From Meyerozyma guilliermondii (taxonomy: Eukaryota), in assembly GCA_051546255.1 (NCBI GenBank), contig CP128815.1, positions 1,426,001 through 1,490,000 on the forward strand: a stretch of DNA of 64,000 nucleotides, written 5' to 3'. Shown piece by piece: positions 22,704-32,987 of this stretch; position 1 is the stretch's first letter, and each line of letters begins with the position of its first letter. Under the pieces are notes generated by a model that did not search any database, was not told the origin of the DNA, and saw nothing but the letters and a program-made list of their open reading frames with translations. A program made the position numbers and the translations under genes.

Positions 22704-23918
22704 ATGATTCGCTGTAAAAGAGGGTTCAAGATTCTGCACTTTTTACGCAAGCCTTTCGCTCAAGAAGCTGCTGGTGCCTCGGCAACTTTTAAACCACTCA
22801 ATGGTCCAAATTTGGGTGCAAAAATTCCACTTGATTCTACAAAAGATTCTCTTCAATCTGAAAAAAATTCCAATGAGTCCACTCAATCTGCAATGGAGCG
22901 TGCAAAGTCCGCCACGACTCCGATTAAGAATTGGACTCGGCAACAAATCAAAGAAATCTATGATACACCACTCATGGAATTAGTCTTTCAAGCTCAAATG
23001 CAACACCGTAAATTTCATGATCCTAGTGAGGTTCAATTGTGTACACTTTTATCCATCAAAACTGGAGGATGTAGTGAAGATTGCAAATATTGTGCCCAGT
23101 CATCACGTTACGATACTGGGACAAAAGCGGAAAAGTTACTCACCATTGATGAAGTGATGAAAGCTGCCACTATTGCCAAGCAAAATGGTTCCACTCGATT
23201 TTGTATGGGTGCTGCTTGGAGAGATATGAAAGGAAGAAAGTCGGGTATGCGAAAGATCTCGGAGATGGTGTCGAGAATCAACGATGAACTTGGTATGGAA
23301 ACTTGTGTGACATTAGGAATGCTTGATGCTCAGCAAGCCAAGGATTTGGCAGCGTCTGGTTTAACGGCTTACAATCACAATATTGATACTTCTCGAGAAC
23401 ATTACCCCAATGTTATCTCCACTAGATCGTTCGACGATAGGTTAGAAACCATCAAGAATGTCCAGAAAGCAGGTATTCTGGCGTGCACAGGAGGCATTCT
23501 TGGCTTAGGCGAAACCCCCGACGACCATGTTGGGTTTCTCCATACACTTGCAAATATGGACCCTCATCCTGAATCACTCCCAATTAATAGATTGGTTCCT
23601 ATTGCTGGAACTCCCATGAAGGCAGAAATCGATGCTTTGCCCAAAGACTCGAATAGAAGACTAAAATTGGATCAGGTAGTCAAGACCATTGCTACGGCTA
23701 GAATGATCATGCCCCAGGCAATTATTCGATTGGCAGCTGGAAGATACACCATGAAGGAACACGAGCAGTTTATATGCTTTATGGCGGGCTGTAATGCTAT
23801 CTTTACTGGTGAAAAGATGCTAACCACCATGTGCAATGGCTGGGATGAAGATATCATAATGCTTGAAACCTGGGGATTAAAACCCATGAAAAGTTTCCGC
23901 AAGCACACTGTGGTCTAG
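22704..23918 (+). CDS. BIO2: Biotin synthase (radical SAM)
   Basis: CSEDCKYC, RFCMGAAWR, YNHNIDTS, PESLPIN, RLAAGR; ATG at 22704. Confidence 0.96.
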   Translation: MIRCKRGFKILHFLRKPFAQEAAGASATFKPLNGPNLGAKIPLDSTKDSLQSEKNSNESTQSAMERAKSATTPIKNWTRQQIKEIYDTPLMELVFQAQMQHRKFHDPSEVQLCTLLSIKTGGCSEDCKYCAQSSRYDTGTKAEKLLTIDEVMKAATIAKQNGSTRFCMGAAWRDMKGRKSGMRKISEMVSRINDELGMETCVTLGMLDAQQAKDLAASGLTAYNHNIDTSREHYPNVISTRSFDDRLETIKNVQKAGILACTGGILGLGETPDDHVGFLHTLANMDPHPESLPINRLVPIAGTPMKAEIDALPKDSNRRLKLDQVVKTIATARMIMPQAIIRLAAGRYTMKEHEQFICFMAGCNAIFTGEKMLTTMCNGWDEDIIMLETWGLKPMKSFRKHTVV

Positions 23919-25129
23919 TGGTCTTCAACAGGCAGTCTCGAGTTCCGATATAGGACCAGATCAGAGTTTCCAATTTTTGGTAGCTCAAAAGAAGTATCCA
24001 CGGGAGACGAACAGCTTTCTTGTTCAGAATGAACAGGAGTTGAACGTTCTATGACCGAGGTTGGCGATGCAATGGGTGGTCCTCCTTGATTTATAGCGTC
24101 TATAGTATCGTCATTGTCGGAATGTATGCTCTCATTGGCTGCTAGTACATCATCTGTGTCCACTTGATGCTCAGGTTCAACCGCAGAACCAAAGAGATCG
24201 GGAGCAATTGACAAAAGCTCATCGAGTCCTCCACCAGACCAGCCTTTCCTTGCTATACCTTCGTAGATTTCTAGCTGCGCCCGCACGAAAGAGCCGGTTT
24301 TCAAAACTAGTTGATCTCCACTAAAATGCTCCAATATTGCATTCACTTCATGGTAGTAGTCATGCTTAAGTCGATCAATTTCGTCAACCTGGTTCGTAAG
24401 CTGGACTAGGTTCGACTTGTAAGCATTGAGGTTTCTCGTTCTCAGTTTGGATAGCTTAATATTCTCGAGTTCTTTTTGACGAAGCCTCTTGGTTTTCTCT
24501 CGAACCTCTTGCTGGTAATACTCGTGATTTGACTTGTAATCCAGCTTGACTTTAGCCAATGCTTCCGCAAGAGGGACCTGAAACGACTCTTTAAGTGTGC
24601 GTGCTAGTATCAGCTCGTTGGTGCCTATTATATATTGCAAACCAGCTGCATTTACAAGCCCTTCACTGACCTCTTTACGGTAGTTAATTTTTGGGCTTTT
24701 CACGGACTCCTCCAACGCCTGACCAAAATCACTAGCTGCCTCGGCTACAGCGTGGAGCGCCCGGCTATATTTGTCGGCTTTAGTTAACAATTCTTCATAA
24801 CACTCGACAGTCGACTGGAAGTCTCTCGGTCCCAAGATGTACGGAAGATCCATAACCGACGGCGTAAACGAGGTGAAAGTGTTTAGGGATAGCTGACGAG
24901 TCACTTGCCTTCCGCGTACGGACTCTGGAAGTGCCAGCAGTCGGGAACTAGTTGGAAAAGACGAATTTATGTTGGCTGAAGCATTGGATCTATTCTTGAT
25001 TTGAGCATATAAATCATCCGAATGTGATGCCGAAGGTCCTGGTGGTCCGAGAGACGCGGGCGTGATCAGGGAGTAGTTATTTGGCAGCTGGAACGAGGAA
25101 TCCAGCTCCTTCAGTGTTGGGTCTGACAT
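23915..25129 (-). CDS. IVY1: I-BAR phospholipid-binding protein Ivy1-like
   Basis: Helical I-BAR region, RNLNAYK, VRAQLEIYEGIARKGWSGGGLDELL. Confidence 0.75.
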   Translation of the reverse strand: MSDPTLKELDSSFQLPNNYSLITPASLGPPGPSASHSDDLYAQIKNRSNASANINSSFPTSSRLLALPESVRGRQVTRQLSLNTFTSFTPSVMDLPYILGPRDFQSTVECYEELLTKADKYSRALHAVAEAASDFGQALEESVKSPKINYRKEVSEGLVNAAGLQYIIGTNELILARTLKESFQVPLAEALAKVKLDYKSNHEYYQQEVREKTKRLRQKELENIKLSKLRTRNLNAYKSNLVQLTNQVDEIDRLKHDYYHEVNAILEHFSGDQLVLKTGSFVRAQLEIYEGIARKGWSGGGLDELLSIAPDLFGSAVEPEHQVDTDDVLAANESIHSDNDDTIDAINQGGPPIASPTSVIERSTPVHSEQESCSSPVDTSFELPKIGNSDLVLYRNSRLPVEDH

Positions 25130-25175
25130 ATGTATGTGAGATCTACGAGACGTGAGATATAAAAATAAAAAAGAA

Positions 25176-25248
25176 TGGACGAGTCCGGAGTCGAACCGGA
25201 GACCTTTCGCATGCTAAGCGAACGCGCTACCAACTACGCCACACGCCC
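25176..25248 (-). tRNA. tRNA-Ala(AGC)
   Basis: GGGCGTGTGGCGTAGTTGGTAGCGCGTTCGCTTAGCATGCGAAAGGTCTCCGGTTCGACTCCGGACTCGTCCA; cloverleaf folds, T-run terminator follows. Confidence 0.96.
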
Positions 25249-25434
25249 TGTTATTGATAACGGAAATGGTGCGAAAAAATAAGAGAAAAGAATGAGAAGG
25301 AATGCTGCAAAAAGAATGCTGCGAAAAACATAAAAGAGTTGTGGCAAATAAACCGTGTCATGTATTCATGTACATTTGTTAATTATAGATCTTCATATAT
25401 TTGACTGCATGCGATATATGAACGGCTATGAATT

Positions 25435-27096
25435 CTACTTCTTGTTGGTTGCATAGTCAACTACTACTGCTGCTGCGAGTATTTTCTCGTCTTCAAACTT
25501 CTTACCAACAACTTGAACACACACAGGCATTCCATCAAATAATTCAGGTTTATAGGTCTTGTAGACCTTTTCATCGCTGTCATTCAAAGGTACGTAGTTT
25601 GGATCAATGGGGTCGAGTGTTTTGTCCACTTTGTTCACAGGTACAACAACGCTAGCACTGTCAAGAAGGTTAAATGGACAAGAGTAGTTGAGTGAATCAT
25701 GGTAGCCTGGCAAGAAAGCAGTAAATGGCCAAACAGGGCAAATTATAGCATCAATCGGCTTTCCAGATCCAGTAATACTTGCGGTTTGTTCCCAGAATTT
25801 ATAGAATTCTTGTTGACAATCGTATTGCTGGTTGCACAAATTCCACCATTCATTCACATCAATTGGGCTTTCTCCTGGTTTGGAACAAACAAATCCTTTA
25901 ACAGCTGGAACCACAGGCTCGCCTGACTCTTTACACATTTCCTGAACTTCAAGGCCCTTATCAGCCGTGAAAATATTCATCGCTGTTTCATAGATTTTGT
26001 CCATGTTTGGTAACTGGATTTCGACAATTTCATGTCCCTCAGCTTTCAAGGATTTGGCTGTTTCCTCCAAAGCACGCTGAATAGGAGGGTGTGGTCGGAC
26101 CACTCCGTCGAATTTCCATAATCCGTATGTCAATTTCTCTTGCTTAACGCTGGAATTATCAGAGAAAGGAACGGGCGCAACTTTTGGGTCTGATTTCCAA
26201 AGTTTTCCATTGAAGATGAGTTTGGTGATATACTCGATATCAGCTAGAGACCGGGCCATTGGTCCAATGACAGAAGGCATGGTTGTTTGTCCACTATACG
26301 AGTTTGATACTCTTAAATATGAGATTCTATTGCTCGTTGGCCGCAATCCATAAAGTCCCTGGAATGCGCTAGGAATACGAATGCTTCCGCCAATATCTGT
26401 TCCAAAACCCAAGGGCGAGGCTCCGGCTCCAATTAAGGCTCCTTCACCTCCTGAAGATCCACCAGTACTCAATTGCAAATTTAAAGCATTATAGGTGTAA
26501 CCAAAAATGTTGGAGTCAGTTTGTGGGGCCAACATTGCCATAGGAACGGTTGTCTTTACGTAAAATACGGCTCCTTCCTTCTGCAAATACTCAGCCAACA
26601 AACTCATTTCTGTCTTGGGTTTATTGAGCAAGGCCACATACCCAATGGACGAATCGAGCCCGGGAAGGTCAACTTGGTCTTTGAGAGAGATGGGGATTCC
26701 ATGTAATTTTCCAACCACAGTCCCGTTTTTCGCAAAGTACTCATCTAGTTTCTTTGCCGTTTCCAATGCTTTGTCAAAAAAGATCTCGCTACAGCAGTTC
26801 AAGATCTGGTGTGCCAATGCTGCTCGATGACAGTAGGCATTTGCAACACTTGCAGCCGTCAAGTCACCACTTGCAATCTTAACTTGAAGTTCAAGCACGG
26901 TCAATTCGGTGATGGCAACTTCTTCCTCGGGAAGAATTGAGTCCAAATAAGCCTTGGTATTGGAAAACCCTGCTTTGATCATATCATCTTTGATTGTCTC
27001 ATTGACCCATTTTGAGGGTATGGAATTATTCACTGAAATTCTTTTGAGCTGCGCTGCATCTTCCCAGTTCTTAGTCATGGTGTTGTCGTAACGCAT
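25435..27096 (-). CDS. Amidase-signature family enzyme (acetamidase/Amd2-like)
   Basis: LHGIPISLKD (Lys), GGSSGGEG and GTDIGGSIRIP; Ser-cisSer-Lys triad intact. Confidence 0.92.
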   Translation of the reverse strand: MRYDNTMTKNWEDAAQLKRISVNNSIPSKWVNETIKDDMIKAGFSNTKAYLDSILPEEEVAITELTVLELQVKIASGDLTAASVANAYCHRAALAHQILNCCSEIFFDKALETAKKLDEYFAKNGTVVGKLHGIPISLKDQVDLPGLDSSIGYVALLNKPKTEMSLLAEYLQKEGAVFYVKTTVPMAMLAPQTDSNIFGYTYNALNLQLSTGGSSGGEGALIGAGASPLGFGTDIGGSIRIPSAFQGLYGLRPTSNRISYLRVSNSYSGQTTMPSVIGPMARSLADIEYITKLIFNGKLWKSDPKVAPVPFSDNSSVKQEKLTYGLWKFDGVVRPHPPIQRALEETAKSLKAEGHEIVEIQLPNMDKIYETAMNIFTADKGLEVQEMCKESGEPVVPAVKGFVCSKPGESPIDVNEWWNLCNQQYDCQQEFYKFWEQTASITGSGKPIDAIICPVWPFTAFLPGYHDSLNYSCPFNLLDSASVVVPVNKVDKTLDPIDPNYVPLNDSDEKVYKTYKPELFDGMPVCVQVVGKKFEDEKILAAAVVVDYATNKK

Positions 27097-27123
27097 AGAG
27101 ATATCGCCCGTATTTAACTGGAA

Positions 27124-27319
27124 GATAAGGAAGAAAGATTACAGAGCGCATTACTAGCAAGCACTTATTCTGGTAGCGGCATTCGGAATGCGGAATTCGG
27201 AAACGCGGCGCTCTCGCCTGCTATCGTGGGGAATTCGGAATTCGGATCTCGCCTGCTACTGTGGGGAATTCGGATCTCGGATCTCGGATCTCGCATCTCA
27301 AAAAGTGCGATAAGATAAG
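27124..27319 (+). promoter_or_regulatory. GATAAG nitrogen-catabolite (Gln3/Gat1-type) elements
   Basis: GATAAG at 27124-27129 and overlapping GATAAGATAAG at 27309-27319. Confidence 0.6.
27177..27297 (+). repeat. 7-bp periodic CGG array containing a 28-bp direct repeat, in a divergent promoter
   Basis: CGG at 27177, 27184, 27191, 27198, 27206, 27236, 27243, 27271, 27278, 27285; TCTCGCCTGCTA(TC/CT)GTGGGGAATTCGGA at 27212-27239 and 27247-27274. Confidence 0.85.
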
Positions 27320-27392
27320 GTTTCTTGAGTCAAGTCCATTATGCTAGCGGCGACTATATAGTCTCTGAACGGTTTCCCGTTCAACTCTAACA

Positions 27393-29405
27393 ATGGAGCC
27401 AATTCTCAGTCAAGCTTATGGATATGGATTTGCAGTTGGTTTGGGCGCAGCTTTTGCACTTTTGATGGTGGTTATCACTCGGGTACTTGCAAGTTATTTG
27501 GGCCAGGTGCAAAATTCCGAACGTTTTTCGACAGCTTCGAGAAGCGTCAAATCAGGATTGATTGCCTCGAGCACTGTTTCAGCGTGGACTTGGCCAGCTA
27601 CACTTCTTTCTTCGGGATCGTGGAGTTACTCTCATGGTATCAGTGGAGGCTTTTTGTATGGAGTTGGAGGAACTCTTCAAATTACTTTGTTCTTATTTTT
27701 GGCTATACAGATCAAGAGAAGTGCCCCTTCCGCCCATACGGTTTCTGAATGTTTCTATATCAGATTTGGCAAAGCTGGACACTGGGTTTTCTTGGTCTAC
27801 TGTATGGCGACGAATGTCTTGATTTCGGCTCTTTTACTCTTGGGAGGTTCCCAAGGATTTGCTGCTACCACTGGAATGCATGTCGTTGCTGCTAGTTTCT
27901 TGTTGCCTCTCAACGTGGTTGTATATACTGCTTTGGGTGGTTTGAAAGCGACATTTGTCTCAGACTGGATCCATACGGTGATCATTTATGGAGTTTTGCT
28001 CGCTACTGCTTTCACCGTTTATTGTTCTTCGTCTCTCATTGGGTCCCCGGGAAAGATGTACGACCTTTTAGTGCTGGCACAAGAGGCTTTCCCTTCCGAA
28101 ACAGGCCAAAGTTACCTTTCTTTCAATGACAAGTCGATGTTCTTTCTTACCTGGTCTGTGGCTGTTGGTGGGTTAAGTTCGGTTTTTGGCGATCCAGGAT
28201 ACTCCCAAAGAGCAATTGCTTCTGATGCTTCGAGCGTGTTTACTGGTTACTTGATGGGAAGTCTCTGCTGGTGGATTATTCCGTTCTCTCTTGGACTGTC
28301 AGCGGGCTTGGCATGCAGAGCATTATTGACCAACACTGCCTCGGTCACATTCCCCAATGCTTTGTCGTCGTATGAGGTTGATGCGGGATTGCCAGTGATT
28401 TATGGAATGGCTGCAGTCTTTGGCAAAAGTGGTGCTGCTGCTGGTTTGGTAACATTGTTCATGTCTGTGACGTCTGCCACTTCTGCCGAGTTGATTGCGT
28501 TTTCTTCGGTCACTACGTACGACGTTTACCGAACTTACGTCAACCCCGGTGCTTCTGGAAAGCAATTGGTCAATGCAGCTCATATATCTGTGGTTGGATT
28601 TGGTATTTTCATGGCTGCATTGGCAACTGCACTCAATTATATTGGAGTCACCGTTGGCTGGCTTCTTAGTTTCTTGGGAATCTTGTTGACTCCAGAAGTC
28701 AGTGCCGTAACCTACACGTTATTCTGGCCCAAAATGACCAAATTGTCCTTGATAATTGGATGTCCTCTCGCTACCGCAACTGGTATTGCAAGTTGGATTG
28801 GTGCTACCTACCATTATGCGGACGGAGTACTCAGTAAAGATACTTTGATGACCACAGAGGCTACTTTCATCGGAAATTTTGTCTCGTTAGCGAGTGGTGC
28901 CATTTATATTGCTGTATTTTCGTTGTTGAAACCCGATAAGGATGCGTTCGATTTGCGTAATTTGAATGGAGAACTCACTTTGGCAGACGATGTTGATAAA
29001 GAAGAGAAAGAAGCAGTGCTTGTATCCAAAGATGTGCAAAAATTACTTAAGAGACATTCATGGCTTAGTTTGCTGGTGAATCTTTTCGTGGTTCTTGGAG
29101 TGTACATTATAATTTGTGTTGCATTATATGGAACCAAGAGAGATTTGTCAAAGAGCTCTTTCACTGGTCTTATCATTGTTATGTTGATCTGGCTCGTTGT
29201 TGCGTCTGCGTATATCATTCTCTTTCCATTATGGCAAGGAAGACAATCCATGGCCCGCATTGCGAAACACTTCATCCTGCGAGGAAAATCTGAAGAACTT
29301 ACGAAAACAGAACAAAGCTCTGACCAGGCAACGCTCGACTCCGAGTCCAATGTTTCTATCATTGAGGAACATCATACTAGCAAGGTGGCTAATGTGGTAG
29401 CGTGA
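27393..29405 (+). CDS. Sodium:solute symporter, Dur3 (urea/polyamine/amide transporter) family
   Basis: ILSQAYGYG, SAWTWPATLL, YTALGGLKATFVSDWIHT, FMSVTSATSAELIAFSS, TYDVYRTY. Confidence 0.9.
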   Translation: MEPILSQAYGYGFAVGLGAAFALLMVVITRVLASYLGQVQNSERFSTASRSVKSGLIASSTVSAWTWPATLLSSGSWSYSHGISGGFLYGVGGTLQITLFLFLAIQIKRSAPSAHTVSECFYIRFGKAGHWVFLVYCMATNVLISALLLLGGSQGFAATTGMHVVAASFLLPLNVVVYTALGGLKATFVSDWIHTVIIYGVLLATAFTVYCSSSLIGSPGKMYDLLVLAQEAFPSETGQSYLSFNDKSMFFLTWSVAVGGLSSVFGDPGYSQRAIASDASSVFTGYLMGSLCWWIIPFSLGLSAGLACRALLTNTASVTFPNALSSYEVDAGLPVIYGMAAVFGKSGAAAGLVTLFMSVTSATSAELIAFSSVTTYDVYRTYVNPGASGKQLVNAAHISVVGFGIFMAALATALNYIGVTVGWLLSFLGILLTPEVSAVTYTLFWPKMTKLSLIIGCPLATATGIASWIGATYHYADGVLSKDTLMTTEATFIGNFVSLASGAIYIAVFSLLKPDKDAFDLRNLNGELTLADDVDKEEKEAVLVSKDVQKLLKRHSWLSLLVNLFVVLGVYIIICVALYGTKRDLSKSSFTGLIIVMLIWLVVASAYIILFPLWQGRQSMARIAKHFILRGKSEELTKTEQSSDQATLDSESNVSIIEEHHTSKVANVVA

Positions 29406-29589
29406 GAACGATCAACTGATAGAATGGAATATAACCAGGTGGTAGACACTATTGGACAATAAGGATAGAACTAATAGAACGATATAGAATGATATGAACT
29501 GTATTGCGGATACATTTTTTTTTGCAATCTCTATGTTATGAGCCTTGGCCCCTGGAACACTTATATTTCTTATCGCGCGCACTTTCTGT

Positions 29590-31499
29590 ATGCAACCGAT
29601 AAAAAAGAGGAGAGCACCTAGGACTTCCCGGGCCTGTCAAAACTGTAGAAAACGCAAGATTAAATGCAAGGGCGAGCCTGTGTGCCAAGAGTGTGCTAAG
29701 TATGGCGAAGTTTGTATCTTTAGAGCAAAATATAGAGAATCTTCAAAGCCTAATGAACTCAACAAAAGTAATATAGGAGAGTAAGTAAACACAAATGAGC
29801 CCAAAAATAAGCATTTACTAACAAATCCAGCAACAATATCCTCAGCAAAGGCCCGCTAGAAATTCCTGACTACTTATCGGGCCAAAACGACACTACAGAA
29901 GCAGAATATTTTGGCTCGGCGAGTAACTTTTCATTCGTCAACCAATTGAATCATTTTCTACGACAGCTCGATGGGTCAAACTCCAACAATGATAAAGGGC
30001 TTGAGAGGTTTGGAGCCAAGCCCACGGTATTGGCAGATTCCTGGTCAAACGACGATTTCTCCTTGGATTCTATCAGCAACGAAACCATGAATGAACTCTT
30101 AGTTGCGTTTCTTGAAACCTGGACAATTCCCTGTCCTTTATTTGATGCCGACCAAGTGTTCACGTTGGCTTTTGACACTTGGAAAAATCCGTATAGCAAT
30201 GCCAACGACCAGGCGCTTCTCTACTTGATATTATCTCTTGGAGCAGCGACTTCCTACTTTGATATGGACGAAAGTAGTCCTAATGCCTTTCCTGTTGCCA
30301 GGGGCTTTTTCAGCTTGGCTCGCAATACCGTACCAACTATATGTTCCCAAGTGTCTTTTGAAGCCGTTAGAGTGGTGTTTTTCATGAGTTTGTGTGCTTG
30401 TTCTTTGGGTGACACTGCCCTTTCTTACCTCTATGGTGGTATTGCGGTGAGAATCCTGGTGGCTATTGGACTCCATAAAAATAGCATAGTGAAGAAAATG
30501 CCCCATTCTTTCGATTCAAGGCACCACAGAAGAGTATGGGTGTGTGTTTGGCAATTTGAGAAATACTGGAGCTTTTGTGTGGGTCGACCCAGCGGCTTAA
30601 GTGAGTATGTTGCAACTCCTCAGGTGAAGGAAGAAGACTTCGAGTACGCAGGATATGGAGAATCCAAATCGTTCAGAAAGACTTCTGAACATATGAAACT
30701 CCGGGTGAGTTTTGCGTCTTCGCTATCAAAAATTCATGCCGAATTGTACAACTCGAAGAACGAACTTTTGGCTATTTTGAGCAAGGTGGAGCGTTTTTCA
30801 ATTGAGATCGACCAAGCATATTTTAACAGCCGAGACAGACAATTGGTCCAAGCTAACGTCGATGATAGTGTGGACCAACTTGAAAGGTCAACGGTTATCG
30901 AATGGTTCTGGATCAGAATCTACTACCTTTATTTGAAACTCATTATCTTTCGTCCATTCTTGATCTTCAGTGCTTATCTTGGAAACGCCGCTACTAATGT
31001 TCCAGACTCAATCAAGAACAAAATCAAATCGGGATCCGATACCTGCGTTGATGTTGCAATTGAATTATCCAACTTTATAATTGAGTTGAACAGTAAGGTG
31101 CGTATGGCGCAACCTATAATCTTTATCAGCACTTATCTTGAAAGTGCTTCGACTGTTCTCCTATTCTATATTGTCAGCAACATCACTGATATCTCCGATG
31201 CATTGGCGAGAAAAATTTGGAATGTTTTGCATGCTACTCGAAACTTTCTTAATGGTTCATATGGAAGCTACCTCGATACCACGAAAATTTTGGCTCGAGA
31301 TGGTTTGGAGTCATTGCACAATTTACTAAAAAAGAGAAAGAACGATAAAAACACCACATTTCTTGACAAGATCATGAAGCCAGTCGTGATAGGCTCTCCA
31401 ATGACTCAAATCAATTCAATAGACTTACAAGACGACGCTGGTTTAGAAGCGGTGTGGGCGCAAACTTTGAACTGGATTAGTTATGCACCGCAAATGTGA
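29590..31499 (+). CDS. Zn(II)2Cys6 transcription factor with fungal TF middle domain, 2 exons (29590-29780, 29831-31499)
   Basis: ACQNCRKRKIKC..C..C......C in exon 1; 50-nt intron GTAAGT...TACTAACAAATCCAG joins in frame to EYFGSASNFSF...IGLH...RRVWVC...GRP. Confidence 0.9.
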
Positions 31500-31605
31500 T
31501 ATAAGAACATTCCATGCTCTATTGAAGGTTAAGATTACCTTCACTCCAATATTTCGGCTCAAAAAGAGAAATGGTAAGATTTGAGTTGCAAAAAAGAACG
31601 AATAA

Positions 31606-31679
31606 TGGTCCCTGGCGGGATCGAACCGCCGATCTTGGCGTTATTAGCACCACGCCTTAACCAACTGGGCCAAGGGACC
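31606..31679 (-). tRNA. tRNA-Ile(AAT)
   Basis: GGTCCCTTGGCCCAGTTGGTTAAGGCGTGGTGCTAATAACGCCAAGATCGGCGGTTCGATCCCGCCAGGGACCA. Confidence 0.96.
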
Positions 31680-31901
31680 ATTTTCTGATTTGTTCATTAA
31701 GTTCGCCAGTCAAGACGTAGCTCACATTACATTGTAGAGATTATCAATTTAATCGTATTTTACTTTGCCACCAACGGACAAGTGATAGTAGTGAGCGAGA
31801 AGCCTGCATTTGCAATTTCGCGGCTTTTTGATAAAACCGCATAATCACCAGTTTTTTGCCTCGAGTATAAATATCTCGTAGATTCGCATTTATGAGAATA
31901 A

Positions 31902-32162
31902 ATGCATATTAAGAGATTGGTTTTAGGTTTAGCAAATGCGTTAGCGATTGTATGTCTGGACACCCCAGAAGGTGAAGGTTTACCATCTGGTTCAATACCT
32001 AGACGTCTAGATGGCTCAACATGGATACCTTCTGACCATGGAACCTGGGGTAATAATCTCGACTTGAGTCAAATGGAAAGATTGAATCCTTCAGCATATC
32101 TGAGAATTATAGCGAGGTCTTCTGCAGAAGAGCCGGGAAGTCGAGCAACGGATACAAATTGA
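31902..32162 (+). other. Short ORF with a signal-peptide-like N-terminus (possible small gene or remnant)
   Basis: MHIKRLVLGLANALAIVC...; TATAAA about 35 nt upstream; no homology recognised. Confidence 0.3.
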
Positions 32163-32501
32163 CCCGTAAACTCGCATTTTTTTTGGAAGTCTATTAATAG
32201 CTCAGAGAAGTCAATTTAAGATTTGAAACTCAAAAAGTTGTATTCCTCGAGGATCTTGTTTCCGCTAGACTCATATTGAGACCCATTAACTCAGTGAAGT
32301 TTCTTTCGTGTATCGTACGCACCTTTAGTCTTTCTGAAAAATGTGACGCTCATTAGGCTTTAACAACTTCTTGAATGAGCTCGTTGAAAACTTGCGTGAA
32401 ACAGTTGCCACCCTCGAAATCATCACCATGATGTCCAGTCATGCGCTTTGAGTAGCCAGAAATGTTCGTTCATCATTTTCTTCATAAGTCTTTTGATCAG
32501 G

Positions 32502-32804
32502 TCAAAAATGCAAAAGATCCTTGAAAAAACTTTCAGTTATATTGTATAAGTCGAGATAATCAAATACCTCCTTGGAAACAACATTAGAATACAATTTTCT
32601 CTTATCCGTCGTATAGTTTGAAAAATTGCACGTACTTAACAATTCTATCATACATGATTTATATGTGGGAAACATTATTCCATCTCCATTCCATATTACT
32701 GGACCACAATACGGATCAGAAACATGAACATCTTCGGGGGTGAACAATCCATCATCGAGACATTTAGCTAGTGGAAGAAGTAAAGCAAGTTGGAACAATA
32801 GCAT
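32502..32804 (-). CDS. Putative small secreted orphan protein (100 aa)
   Basis: ATG at 32804 gives MLLFQLALLLPLAKC (signal-like), with Cys residues and N-glycosylation sequons NFS, NYT, NIT. Confidence 0.45.
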   Translation of the reverse strand: MLLFQLALLLPLAKCLDDGLFTPEDVHVSDPYCGPVIWNGDGIMFPTYKSCMIELLSTCNFSNYTTDKRKLYSNVVSKEVFDYLDLYNITESFFKDLLHF

Positions 32805-32987
32805 GGCACTTCTCGGTTTGAATTCTGTGCGAAATTGAACCTTCAGTAATCTACCCCACAAATTTAAGAGTTGTCAATATGCACTTTATAGGACATAAAT
32901 AGTTTGGTACTGTCATTCGTTCTTTGCTAAAATGAATTGTTGTTTTCACTTTGGCGAAAAATCGCAAGTGAAAAGCTCCGTATGCAA

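Noticed and set aside
27212..27274. 28-bp direct repeats resembling a CRISPR array
   Set aside because: Only two copies with a 7-nt spacer, eukaryotic context and no cas genes; better explained as duplicated TF sites
29545..29946. Zn cluster and TF body appearing as two ORFs (possible pseudogene)
   Set aside because: A canonical 50-nt intron (29781-29830) joins them in frame
31680..32930. Possible solo LTR or retrotransposon upstream of tRNA-Ile
   Set aside because: No TG...CA bounded element with a target-site duplication, no second copy and no gag/pol motifs visible
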